Assembly (NCBI GenBank): GCA_001643675.2
Contig: LSRY02000033.1
Location: 868,001 to 932,000 of the forward strand
Length of the DNA stretch: 64,000 bases
Origin: Monocercomonoides exilis PA203
Taxonomy: Eukaryota > Protista > Preaxostyla
Direction: 5' to 3'
The translations under genes and the position numbers were made by a program. Below, piece after piece: positions 49,978 to 63,900 of the stretch. Position 1 is the first letter of the stretch, and every line of letters starts with the position of its first letter. The notes below the pieces were generated by a model that was given only the letters and a program-made list of their open reading frames with translations, did not search any database and was not told the origin of the DNA.

Positions 49978-52900
49978 ATGGCTTCATCTTGCCAAAAGAA
50001 AAATATTGTGGACGATGAAGCAGATCCAGGAAAGCATGATCGTTCATTTCTTGGTAGAGTTAAACGATTTCTTCATTTGAGCTCTCTTGGATTAGAAATA
50101 AGCAAGCTTTCATATAGTTTGTTTTCAGATAATTCATTTTACTCTATTTTAATTCATAATTTATCCGCTACAAAACGCGATATTTAAAACATTATTATTT
50201 GGACTGATTTCAGTTGCAAATCATCTTCACAAGCAATTGATCCTTCAATCATCGATTTTGGAGATATCCGATGAGCAACATCTTGAAATCATTTGGAGAG
50301 GGTGCGAACTTTTGAAAAGATGTGAGAAAAATTCGAATTTTGCCAAGTATATTCTGGCAAGTATGGAAATCGTTCTGAAATCTGCTTCATGTCCAATTCT
50401 GCCAAGTACTTTGCCTCCATTGCTTATTAAAACGTTAGTTTTGGATTGCGATGTTAAATCTCTTCCTCAGTCTTGTCGTAGACCAACATACGAAATATTA
50501 CATGTGATTTTTTCATTATACGCAAAAGGTTACAATCTCTTTTTGATATAATTTTTAACTTTATGTGCTCCATTCTTTTATATTCATTGTCATTCATTTT
50601 TTACAGATTTGGTTGCGTCTTGTCCAACGTGGATTACCAAAATAACTGAATCTCTTGGAACAGAAAAAGAGACTAAGTTGATGCTTTCGTTCATCAGAAT
50701 AATGCTAATAATTGTTTGGAATCCACTGTTCAAAACAGAAGTTGAAAAGCACAGCGTTCTTCTTTTTGATTCGTTGAAGCCATACTTTCCAATTCCACAA
50801 TCCAAATTTTGTCACAAAAAGAAGACACACACTGAGCCGACGTATGTTTCTCTTCCTTCTTCTGTGACCCATCCGTCGCATCCACTCACTCCTCCATCTG
50901 CCTCGAGAGATGCACCCCAATCACAAGAGCCATCTTCATCTCTGCAAACAGCAAGTTCCAACTCCTCTGCTTCTGAAAAGGGCGCTGTCTCGACATCTCC
51001 TTCACCCGATGGCTCAATCATATCCAGCGATCAAGCACCCCAAAAGCACAGTGGACCAGACCCCTTTCTTCCGCTGTACCATCCCTCGCAGTACCGCCGC
51101 CAGCTGCTGTCGTCCTCCGAAAGCGGAGGAGAAGGCGCAGAGGACGAGTCGCCGAAGGAGAAGAAGCAGCCGCCCACGTATCGCACGCTGAATGTCACGC
51201 TGCTCAGAGCGCTGACTGCAACGCCTGTGTTTCTTCCGCTGGCAGCCGACCTGGTTTTGGAGAAGATGACGACGTGCTACACACAAGTGAAGCGCGACTG
51301 CCTGCTGCTGCTGTCGATCTTCTTCATCCAGTCCATCCAGCACCCCTTCTTCCACCCGCTCATGAACGTGATGGGAGGCAGCCTTCATTCTGTGCTCAAC
51401 AGACAGCTGACTCCTTCCTCTGCCCACTCCTCTTCCTTCGTCGTGTCTGCTCTCCAGTCGCCCTTTCTGCAGCAATCACAGCCACAGTTGAGGATGCTCC
51501 AGCTCCCAACAGCTGCTCAGCTGCACAGCCGACACCCGCCGATGGAGATGGTCGAAGACGACTTGTTCTTCATCCCGCCATTTGTGAGTGACTTCAGCAG
51601 ACTCAGAGACACGTCTACATCAAAAGTGTTCTACTCATTCATCTCTCCTGAACTGTTCAGAAACCCTTCTCATTTATCATCATCATCATCATCATCTTCT
51701 TCTTCTTCCTCTTCACCCTCCTCTTCTTCTGACCTCTCCTCTCAAAACCCCATCAACTGCAACTCCCCACAGCCAGACATCAACACACCCAACTGGCACA
51801 CGATGCTTATCCCTTCCCCTTCTGCCTCTCCTTCTTCTGACCCACTCCAGGCATCTCCCAAGCCTTCTGCCTCAATCGCCTTCTCTTTGCTTCAACAGAA
51901 CGAGTCACCTAAGCCAAAGAATGCGCAACAGTCGCCTCTTGCCTCTGCTTCTGAGATGGATATGCCTTCATTCCCTTTCACTCAATCGAAGAACGAAACT
52001 TCAACTCAACAAAAGACATCATCATCATCATCATCCTTTTCTTCTTCTTCTTCCTCTTCCATCTTTCCTCGCCGTCTCATCCCCACCTACACGCCAAAGA
52101 CTCCCTTCCCCTTTGGCTTCTCCCTTGTGCCCATCCACAGCAAGCTGTCTGCCCTGTGGGCAGTTATGTTGAGGGACATTGTGCAGACGCTCAACAACGA
52201 CGTGTTGAACGAGGCGCTGCTCTGCCTGCGGATTCTGCTCTTTGCGCTGGAGGTGGAAGGAGAGAGGGAGAGGATGAAGGAGATGTGGGTGCTGCTTATG
52301 AAGAAGAGAAGGCTCATGCGAAAGAGAATGTCTGAGAGGAAGTTGGCACTGATGCAGCCATCAACTTCATCATCATCATCTTCTTCCTCTTCATCATCTT
52401 CTTCTCCTTTCTCTTTTTCTTCTTCCATTCGCTCACCTCCTCTTTCTCCAAAGGCGATCGTGAAGACTTCTTCTCTTCCCCTTTCTTTCCCTCCGATTTC
52501 GCAGTTTCAGCTTCCGCCTCTCACACCTCCTTCTTTTCTGCCTTCTTCTTCCTCTCCTTCTGCTTCTGGCGTTCTTCAACAGTCTTCACGTACTCCATCT
52601 TCTCCAAATGCTACGTTTCCTATCACTTCTTCTTCATCATCATCATCCTCCTCCTCCTCTTCTTCTTCCTTTGGATTGCCAACTTCTCCTTTCTCTTCTC
52701 CTCAAAACTCATCTCATCAGAAGCAGCGCAGCAGTGCTAATCTTCGCTCCTTCTTTCTTCTCTCCTATCCTCTTGCCACATCTGCCTTCCTGCCATCGAT
52801 GCTGCCTTCTTCTGATTCTTCTTTCTCTCCCTCTCTTCCACCTCCTGATTATACACCTTCTTCTTCTTCTTCTTCTTCTTCTTCCACCTCATCCTCATCA

Positions 52901-54213
52901 TCATCATTTGTCCCCTCCTCCACCTCTCTCTCCTTCCTCTCTCTGATGTTCCATTCCTCTCTTCTCCATCTCCCCTCTCGCCTCCGCCTCATCCTCTCGC
53001 ACATCCTTGTCTTCCTCCTCCACTCCCTCCCCCAGAAGAACATGACACACGCCGCCCATTCCATTTTGAAGGCCATCTCAACTGCCTCTCCTTCCATCTG
53101 CCGTGCTGTTGTTGGCGCTGCTCTGCCGGCGCTGCTTCCGCTTTTGGTGAAAATCAAAGGAAAAAGGAAAGTGGAAGAGAGGGACGATGAGTGGAGACAC
53201 GCTGTGGCGATGGCGATGCTGCAGAAGGAGAAGGAGAGGATGAAGGAGACGGTGAATGAGGAGAAGGAGAAGGAAAAGGAGAAAGAAAAAGAAAAAGAAA
53301 AAGAGAAGTTGAATGGAGAAGCAGATCCATCGACAGAAGTGGAGATGAATGGCAACTCAGATGCCGAGTCAAGCACAGAAAGTGTCTCAAAGAAGAAGCA
53401 GGAGCCTTCTGCTAATCGTGTTGAGTGTTCTGATGAGCTGCCGAAGCCGAAGATTGTTGAAGAGGAGAAGATTGTTGACTGGAATGATCCTTATCTGCAG
53501 TTGGTGGATGGAGACAGAGAAGAAACAGGGCAGCCTATGAATTCATCACAAAGCAATGATAATCCACAAAACATTGCAAATACAAATCAATCATCTTCAT
53601 CATCATCATCATCTTCTTTCTCTTCTTCCACATGTCCTCCTCCATTCACCTTCCATTCCTCTGCTCCATTTGAGATCAATCTGCAGATTTTGGCTGTTGT
53701 TGTGGATTTATTGTCATCTCTTAGACAGACACACACCGTTCTCTCTCCATTCATCCCATGCAGAGTGTTCGCAGAGGAAATAGCAGAGATGGCGTCAGGG
53801 AAGAATAAGGAGAAGACAAAGAAGGATGAGAAAGAGAAAGAGAAGGAGAAAGAGAAGAAGGAAGAAGATAAAAAGAAAGAGAAAGAGGAGGAAGAAGAAG
53901 AAGAAGAGAAGAAAGAGCATAAGGGCATCGAAGCAAAGAAGATAGAGACATTATCACCCGTCATCCAAAGCACACAAAAACAGGAAAATTCACACGAAAT
54001 ATCTTGTCTTCACAAAAAGCACAGTGAAACATCTTCTTTCCGAAGGCCGGCCAAATCGTCTGCTTCGACAGCGTCTTCTCTTCTTTCTCTGATCAGAATA
54101 CTCACAAACCCTCCATGTCACCCGAAGATTATGTCAGATGTTGCTTCATTGAGTTATTCACACAGAAGAATGAGACTAAACATCGTATCAAATAACAAGG
54201 CATTTAGTATAAC

Positions 54214-54261
<48 letters not shown>

Positions 54262-54883
54262 TTCTTCTTCTTCTTCTTCTTCAAATTCTTCATCTTCTTC
54301 ATCTTCTTCATCTTCTTCATCTTCTTCATCTTCTTCATCTTCAGACTCTTCTTTAGTCCAAAAGAATGGAAGAAGAATGCGAAAGAATCCGACAGCGCTG
54401 CTTCCCTTTCACATCCTCCATTCGTTCTTCATTGCGCCCTTTGTGCACAAAAAGGAGAAGGAAAAGAAGAAGAAGAGGAAGCATAAGCATAGAAAATCAA
54501 AGAAAAGTCACTCAAAACAAAAGGAAGAGAAGTTATCTTTGGAAGAAGAAGGAAAGAGAACAAAAGTTGAAGCAGAAGAAGAAACAGAAACTGAGACAGA
54601 AACAGAAAGTGTGGCAGATGAAACAGAAGATGAACACTCAGAATGCTCTTCGAATGACAGCTCATCTTCATCAACATCATCATCTAATTCTTCTTCTTCT
54701 TCTTCTTCATCTTCTTCCTCTGGCTCTTCCTCCACATCTTTGTCTGCAGCAGAAGAAAAGAAAGAGAAGCTGACAGAACAAACAGCCAAAAAGGAGGAAA
54801 TTGTCATCCGATCTCCTGTTTTGAAGGGAGAAATGCCATCAACCTCAGCACAAGTCCTGAGCAGCCAACAAAATAAACATAAA

Positions 54884-54916
<33 letters not shown>

Positions 54917-57900
54917 TCATCTGACCATCCACACAGCATCAACTGTGCCTATGACGATGCACCCCCGCCTCCTCCTTTCTCTCTCATTCCTCTTCCTGAC
55001 CCTTTCCAGGCAACAGAATTCGACCTTCTTTGGGGACTGCCTGGCGAAAGCGAAGACATCGACATTTCTGTGCTGGAAGAATGGGCGCTGCTTGAAGGAG
55101 AGAAGCTGCAGAGAGAGAAAGAGAGGAAGAGAAGGAGAGAGGAAAGAGCTAAACAAGAGAAGGAGCAGCTGGATGGCTCTTCTTCTTCTTCTTCTTCTGC
55201 TTCTTCTGCTTCTGGTGACAGCAGCGGAGCTAATGAGGCGAATGGGATGGCACAAGGCTTGTTCGAAAACGAAGGTGGATTTGGGCTGTTTGAAGACACG
55301 CTTCCAGAGATAGTTCCATCGAACACAACAGAAAAGCATCCGAATGAGAGCGAAGACAAGACATCGAATGAAGACATTGGCCTTTTCTCAGAAGAAGCAG
55401 AGCAAATGAATCCTTCTTCTTCTTCCTCTTCCTCTTCAAAGGGAGTGGGTGCTTCTGGATTGGCTGCATCTGCTGTGACAGACACAGAGCCAGAGACAAA
55501 CACAGATGGAGCGACGGAACAGGAACAAGAGAAAGAGAAAGAGAAAAAGGAGTCAGATAAGAGCAATACACAGGAAATGTCACACGAATCAAAAAGAAAA
55601 CGAGAAAGAAGAGAGAAACGAGACAGAAAGAGACAACTTAAAATGTCTCGACTTGCTTCTTCTTCTTCTTCTTCTTCTTCTTCTTCTTCTCTTCCAACAG
55701 AACAATCAAAGACCCAAACAGACGCAGCATTTGCTGAGCTTTCGAGTGCTCCTTCGCCTCTTCCAGAGAATCTGTCAGATGAGCAGCCATTTGACGGAGA
55801 CGATGAACCAGATGGAGAAAGCAGGCTCAATGGAGCATCTTCTTCTTCCTCTGCCTCGAAGCATCGGCAGCAGCGCAGACAGAAGCTGACGAAGAAGCAG
55901 CGGAGAGACATGAAGATGAAGTCGTTGTTTAAGTTTATTAAGACGTCGGGTATTTGGAATGGAAATGGGGAAGAGAAGGAAGGGAAAGAGGGAGAGGGAG
56001 AAGGAGGAGAAGGAGGAGGAAATGAAGATGAGAGGAAAGAAGAGAAAGAATGGGGAAGGGAAGACGACGACGACAGCTTAACGGACGAGAGTGATGCAGA
56101 AGTTGATGGCGATGCAATTATTGAGACAATCGAAATGTTTGTGGAAGAAGAAGACGAAGAGGCAGAATTCGAAAGTATGCACAGAATCATTCACAAACAT
56201 CATCTTTTAACAAAATAAATATTTTTATTTTTTTCATTTTCTCTTTTTATGTTATTCTTTATTATGTCAATGTTATTACTCATTTATTTATTTATTTATT
56301 TATTTGTTTGTTTTTATCCTTTTTCAGTTCGTCTCTTCCCTCTTCGTGATGTGCTGATTGATCTGTTTATGACCCTCCTCAACCAGCCAATCATGCTTCT
56401 CGATGAAGAAACCCGTCTTTCTCTGACTCCTCTTCCGCCTTCCTCTCCACTCGACATCGAATCTTCTCTCTCTTCTTCCTCTGCCTCTTCTGCTGCTTCT
56501 GCTGCCTCTTCGTCCATCTCCTCCTCTCTCTCTTCTTCTCTCGTCAGAGCGTCCAACCCCTTTTTGTATGCGGAGCAGCGAAGAATGGACCAACAAGACG
56601 ATTTGCCTTCTTCTTCTTCTTCATTCTCATCATCATCATCATCCTCTTCCTCTTCCTCTTCTATTTCTTCTTCTTCTCAGCCCTTCTTCCCTGTTCCTCC
56701 TGCCTTCCATCGCCATTCCTCTCAGCTGCCTGTCTCTTTCCCTCTCTCTCCACTCGAATTCACCTCACACGGATTAGCTTTGCATGGCCTCTCCATCATC
56801 TTCTCTTGGATGACACCTCAACTCGGCGATTCTCCTTCTTTCGGAGCTTTTGCCTCTTCTTCTTCTTCTTCTCTTTCTTCGTCTGCTTCTCATATTTCTT
56901 GCCCCACTTCACCTTCTGCTGTTCAACCTTCTTTCACTTCGCCTTCTTTCTTTTCTCGTCCATCGGCCTCATCTCCTCACACATCTCCTTTCGTCTTTGA
57001 GCCTTCTCTTCATCGTTCTTCTTCTTCTTCCTCTTCCTCTTCTTCTTCCGTATTAACACCCACTTTATTGTCTGACCAGCATCTGTCTCCAACAACCCTT
57101 CGGCTCCTTCCCCCAATCCATCGCCCCATTTCTCCTCCACTCACCCCTCCTTCCTCTCTTCCCGCTGCCTCCTCTTCCTTCTCTTCTCCTTCTTCTCATC
57201 TCCAATCTTCCTTCTATCGCCCTTTCACTCGTTCCCGCTCTCCTCCTCCTGTCTCCCCTGGCCCAGCCACACCTCCTCTCTCTCCCTTCCTCTCTGCCTT
57301 CGATTCTTGTCTCTCTCCTTCTTCATTCTCCTTTGCACCAGACGCCCTTCCCTTTGGCGTGGGCATCCATCCTTCTTCTCTTCCGCCTTTCTTCTCGTCT
57401 TCTGAAGACAACCAGAACAATCTGCTGACAACTGACGTTGAGTCTCTTTTGCCTCTCGTGCTGGATCAGACAGACCTCGCCTTGTTCTTCCCGTCTCCTG
57501 TCTTGTCGCTCTTCTCTACACTCAACAACGACACGAGGAAAGAAATAGAGATGCTTGAGATGAAGGAGAAGGAAGAAATGGGCAAAGATGATGAGAAAGC
57601 AAAGGAAGGAGCAGAAAGCGATTTGACTGAAAAAATTGATAGTTCATCCATAGTTGTTTCAGACAATCAGAATAATGAAGCACTCACAAAGGCAGATGCA
57701 TCCACATCACAACGCATTTCTTCATCTGAACTTGACAAAGCCCAGCTGCAGCTGATGGAAGAATTTGGCATTGATGAAAGTGTGCTGAATTCAGTTCCTA
57801 TGAACTTCTCTCTTCCAACAGCGACTTTCTCACAAACTCTCATTTCTCCACACAACAAACAGTTCTCTTTCCTGTTTTTGACACGCAGCAAAGTGAAGTC

Positions 57901-60900
57901 TGTCTCCACTCAACTTCTGAGGCTGCGTGAAGTCTCAATGAATGTATCGATGTTCTCTCCATTGGCAGCCATCGCCCCCATCTCTCCGACAACCATGTCT
58001 CCTCAAACACGCTCACGGATGCTGTTCCCTCGCCCTCTTTCTCCTCCTCCTCCAACTATTTCATCAGCTTCTTCTTATTCATCATCATCATCATCTTCTT
58101 CTTCTTCTTCATCTTCGTTTTCATTGCCTTCTTCAAATTCTGCCTCATCTTTGTCTCCGCTGTGCTTACCAACAACACCTCCAATTACATCAACTTTACC
58201 TCCTCCATCCTCAATGTCACGCACATCTTCATTGACATCGTCTTCTTCCACACTCATCAACTCTGAGAATACAAACGATGCCTTCCAAATTGCACCTCCA
58301 TTCAACAGATCAACAAGCATAAACAGCGGAGTTGTTTCGCCTTCTGCTCTGTCAGCGTTTTCTTATTCTTCTGCTGAACGTCCATCAGCCGCTGGAATTA
58401 ACCATTCTACAAACATTTCTGGTTCGTCTTCTTCTTTTGCTATTGACAACAACAACAAGCTTGTTTCATCTGATGATTACTCAACACACGACGATGCACC
58501 ACATTCTCTTCAGCCAATTAAGCTTCCATCCGAAATGCGGTCACACGAAGGTAATGTCTTTTTGACTCTTCTTCGGCACATTTTCGAAGCGTCCTTGACA
58601 GATTCGTCGGATCTGCGGCGCAAACAGTGCTGGCTGTGTGTTTGTGAGTGTGCAGGGCTGATCAATGGCTTCTCGGGAGCAGATGCAAGAGAACAATCGC
58701 AGGCTGAGCTGAAGGAGAAGAGGGAGGAGTACGAAAGACGGAGATCGGGAAGGAAAGAGACAGAGCTGGAAAGCAGAAGCAAGAAGCAGAGAGAGGAAGA
58801 GAAGAGGAAGAAAGAAGGAGAAGAGGAATGGAAAGAAAGAACGGTATATTTTGAGGTGTATGATTTGTGCGAAGAGCTAAAGATAGTTGAAGGCTACCAA
58901 CAAGACGGTACACAACAGAATTTCGATGAAATCACATCGACATCAATTCCTTCAATTGGAAAGCTATCTCAAACGCCACGTGCAGATCAAGAATTCTCTT
59001 CACTCGATGCAGCAACAAAGAATCCGATGTATCACTTTTTGCGTGTTGTGTTCATTCCTTCGCTGTTTGGGCTGGTTGAAGCAATGACAGATGGCAACTT
59101 GTTGGATTGGAACACTTCTGAACGGAAAGAAAGAGGAATTGCAGCTCTTTTGAGAAGTGTCCTGTTCTGTGTGGAAGAGATAAGCGAAGAAGAGATCTGC
59201 AATTTGCTTGTTCTCAACAAAGAAGATGATTGCAATGAAAAACAAACAAGAATAAGACAAAAGTTTCCTCCGCCATTTGCTCTGCTTCCTCCAGCAGTCT
59301 TTTTGGAAAACATGTGCCTTCTCTGCTTTTGTCTTCCGTCGTTCTTTTCGCATTCCATTTTATTGCTTCTCATTCACACGTTGGCTTTTATATCACACAC
59401 ACAGATACTTCCATATTCCTCTCTGATAACCAGAGTTGCTTTGACAGATGCAATCACTACGCCTTTGCCAAAACTGAATATGAATGCCTTTCTGAATCAT
59501 TTGAACACATTTTCACTTCTTGTGCTGGAGAAAGAAAGCCGAATGGGACTTGATCTCAGAGCTAAAAGAAAAGCAATGAAGAAGCAAATGCAACAAAATA
59601 AGTCTGATAACAAAACTGATCCAGATTATGATGCCAGAGTTGAAGAGATTGAGTGGGCAATGACACACCCAACATGCTTTGAGGAGGAGAGCGATCTCAC
59701 TTTTGCATTCTTTGCATCAAGAGTTCTTTACCCGCACTTGCTTCAATCTGTTCTTCACTTATGCTTCACTTATCAAGCAAGCACTACCAATTCTCATGAG
59801 ACATCTGCTGCTAGTCAAATTCCTGTCTATCAATATCTGCCGAATGAGATTGTCGAAGCTATCTCCACATTTGCAACCATCTCTGGAAGTGTTCTGAGGA
59901 TGGAGCAAAAAACAGCTGATCCACTGCATTCAACGCCTGTGATATGCTTCATTCTACACATAATCAAATGGTGCTCACGCAACATGCAAACAGAGCAAGA
60001 CAAAGCAGAAGAGCCAGCTTTCAGCGATGTGAATGATTTGTGCTGTGCAATGGGAGACATGGTTGGCAAAGCAATCTTCAGATTTGCCCCAGGAGACGAT
60101 GTTTCTTCAACAGACGAACTCAGATTTGTCAGATGCTCTGCACTTTTGCTTCATCTTCTTAATGTTTGTCTTCCTCCGCTTTCGCTCCATAATTTGCTTG
60201 AGAAGGCACAAGACTCTGAAAACGACTATGTTCCGTATTTTGAATTGGAATTACTTCAAAAACGAGAAAAGGAGTGCGAGCCTTTCATGGCTGATGTCAC
60301 ACATTCCATCACGTTCCTTCTTTCTTCACTGAAAAACGCTTCACCAGAAAGAACAAGCAATTCAGCTTCAACCGACTCAGGCAGGATAAATACAATTCAA
60401 ATTAATGACTTGAATCTTTTGAATGAACTGACAACAAAAGTGATGAGCATATGGACGAAAAAGATTATCATGTTTTGTTCTCTTTGCGAGCATATCAGCA
60501 ACGGAGCTGAGTTCGCACAAATAATCAAACGATCCTTTGGCAGAGGAAAGCTGACTTGTGTGCTAACTTTCCCTGCAGAAGATTCCATCAGCAGTGTCAG
60601 CATTGTGGGCGAGTGGGACAATTGGAGCAGTAAGATTCCAATGGAACTTAATGCAACCAGGAATTTGTGGATGGCTGATTTGCTGGATGAGAAATTCAGT
60701 CTGTCAAATGCGCTGATTGAAGGGAAGAAATATCAGTTTAAGTTTGTGATCAACAAAAATGATTGGAGGGTGAACAATTCATATCAAATCGAAAAAGATG
60801 TGAACTGTAACACAAACAACACCAAAAAGATTGTATTTGATTTTGAGTCAATAAACGACACGGGGAAAACAAATGATTCACTTTTGTGGGAAGTGCTGAA

Positions 60901-63900
60901 TTCTCTCTTTGAGATGGCGCTGCCACTTCCAATAGACAGTACACTTTATGAAATCTTGCTTCCTTCTCAGCTTTCTTTCAAACATGCTGTGCCTTTCGAG
61001 GCATTTCTTGAGTCTGTTACACCATTTTCAGCAATTTCATCTGAAAATAAATCATTGCCCTTGCCTGAAAAACAACAAAAGGATAATAAATTAACAGAAT
61101 CTGATCAGTTTTCATTACACATCAATGAATTGTCATCTCGTCTCCATTCACTTGGCATTGTTCTTTCTTCGATTTCTTCAATGCGAAATATCGGCGATTT
61201 CTCATTTATCAGACTTTCGCATCTTATTGTTCTTCATGTGACATCTGCCATTCCACACTTGATCTGCAATTGCTTTAAGACACCGAATCATTACTCACAA
61301 GCATCACACAATTCATTTTCACCTTTCTCTTCTGAGGAAATGCATGGCGCTTTGTCTCGCTTCTTCCAACTCTTACTACCATCAGTGTCTTCTTTGCTTC
61401 AGAATACACTCGTTGGCACATTTGCTCCACGATGTGGACATCACAACACAAAAAGAAGTCCGCAATCCACTCCTAATTCATATGTTCAGTCCAAAGACAA
61501 AGTGACCCCAACACAAAAAGCGCAAACTCCTCCAACAACACCTCCACATGTTTATTCTCCCACCGCTACATCAACAGCAGCTCATTCGTTTTCTCCTTCG
61601 CTCATGTCATTTGGGTCGCTAACTCTGTCACCTTCTCCAACTCCACCGCATCCTTTCAGTTCATCTCCTTCACCAGCATTCACTCCAACTCCTGTTCCTA
61701 CGCCTTCTCCTTCTCCATTTGATATCCAAAACAGCTTTGACTCAGACGATCCTATCGAATCTGCAATGATGCTTTTCTTGTCAATTGTATCTCCTTTCCT
61801 AAGCGCATTGAATGAGCTCGTACCAAATAGAACAGCGATTCAGCAGGATTCACAGGCTTCGTTCACAACAAATGATGAGGCAGTTTCGTGGCTGATTGCT
61901 TTCATCTGGAAGATTCATGCACTGTTCACACACGCCATAGACACATTCCTTCTGACTGGAGAGTTCCGTCCATCTCCTCCAATCTCTCTTTCTCTTCCTG
62001 CTTCTCATTCGATCCATCCATTTTCAAACACTTTCGATTTTTGCTCTGCAACAGATTCTGCTAACTTTGCATTAAATTCGAATGGATCAAAAGGCATTTC
62101 ATCGCCAAGTGCTCCAGCTGAGCGCGGAATCATCCTTCCTCGAAAGCTACAAAGGCAGCAGGCACAGTCTAATGTGGTGCACAATTCTGGACTGCTTTCT
62201 TCTCTTCTAACTTTCAGAATGTATGCTGACAGGATTGAGTACATTCCGTCTGTTTCTCTATTTGCGGAGGAAGAGGAAGAGGAAGAGGAGGCGGAAGAAG
62301 AGGAACAAAATGAAGATCATAAGGCGCAGGAATGTAATGGAGGAGAATCTTCTCAAGAACAAAGCAATATCAGTCAACAAGGCGAGAGTGAAATCAACAA
62401 CAATTCATCTTCACATGCTCCGTCTTCAATAATTTCTGATTCAATGCCAATAAATCTGTTTTATCAACCTCCACCACCTTCATTAATGCAATCCAAATTT
62501 GTTCCACCAACATTTCCTCTTCATTGGCATTCATCTTATGAGACTGATATTGGCAAGCAGACACAATCTCGTCACACATCCTCCTTTATGACTGTTGCAT
62601 CATTGACTTCTCCAAGAGGCATCAATTCTTTGTCGAATGATTCTGCTCAGCGCTTTGCACAGAGCAGCAGCTTTATTCCACCAAAGAACATGAGATGCAT
62701 TGCGCTTCTTCCTCGGTTCATACTCGAAAATCTGTTTATCACAACTCTGAACATCCTCAAAGTTGCATTCAACGAAAAAGCAAATGCTGACGATACTTCT
62801 GTTGAGCAGTCAGCCTCTTCTTGTACTTCATCTGCTTCATCTTCCATTCATAACAACACTGCTTGTATCTCTTCGCACTCTTGCTCTATTTCTCAAGCAA
62901 CAAATTGCGATATGACTAATGCCAAGACTTTTTCACAGCATCTGCTAACCACTTCGAGCCCTCTTTTGCTTTGTCTTCTCAGCATCGTTTGCAGCGGAAC
63001 TCTCCCAACAGTTCTTTATGAACCAATTGCAGCACTTTTCCATGCAAAGATCATCAACCCTCGCAATCCATCGCTTGCGCTGCCTGAACATTACACAGAA
63101 AAAGGATGGAGTGGCTCTGCGTCAGACTCAAAAGGAAAGAACGATGCTTTCTCTTTGCTGGGTGGCACATCAGAAGTGGAATCCTCTCTTGCATTGGCAT
63201 CGTTGGCTCTGCTGCACTCTGGTTCCGAACGTCTGGCGCTTTTGAATGACGATGGAGACGAGATGAGAAATGAGGTGGCAGAAAGCGACGGTTCGAACAT
63301 TTCTGAAGAGACGGATGCACAAACAGTCGGAAGCATTCATTCAGCATCAGGTGAAAGTGAATATAGAGGATTTGTTGAATTGAATGACGAGTTTGGATTT
63401 GGAGAAGGAGAAGTTGTTGAGGAAAACGAAGGGTCTGATGATGAACTTGACGAAGAAGATGGACTTTTGAACTATTCATCTCTTTTAAGTGGGACAAAAA
63501 CAACAACATTTGAAAGTACCTCCAAGCTGAACGAAAAAGAAAGCGCCAAACAGAAAAAAGCAGTGTTATTAAGAATGATACCGTTGCTCAATGCAACAAC
63601 AACGAATTCTTATTCTTCATCAGTGCTTATCAATCAACAGCAGTCGTTTTCGCATCATCCATCCAATAGTTTCACAAATCAATCATCTTATCATCCATTT
63701 GCTTTTGTGATGTCATCGCAGTTTCATCCTCGCTTGGTGCGTGTTACAAGAATGGTTCCTTCGATTGCAATTGCGTTATCGCCATGTGGAGCAATTGCTG
63801 CAGCAGAAGGCGAATCAATTACAGGAATAATTGTATCTGTGATTGAAGGACTCATCCAAAGACATCACACACATTTACAAACTTGTTCTTTATTATTATT

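Noticed and set aside
56314-63509. Many short ORFs suggesting a gene-poor or fragmented region
   Set aside because: All are off-frame or antisense to one long exon from 56328 that the track omits because no stop is reached.
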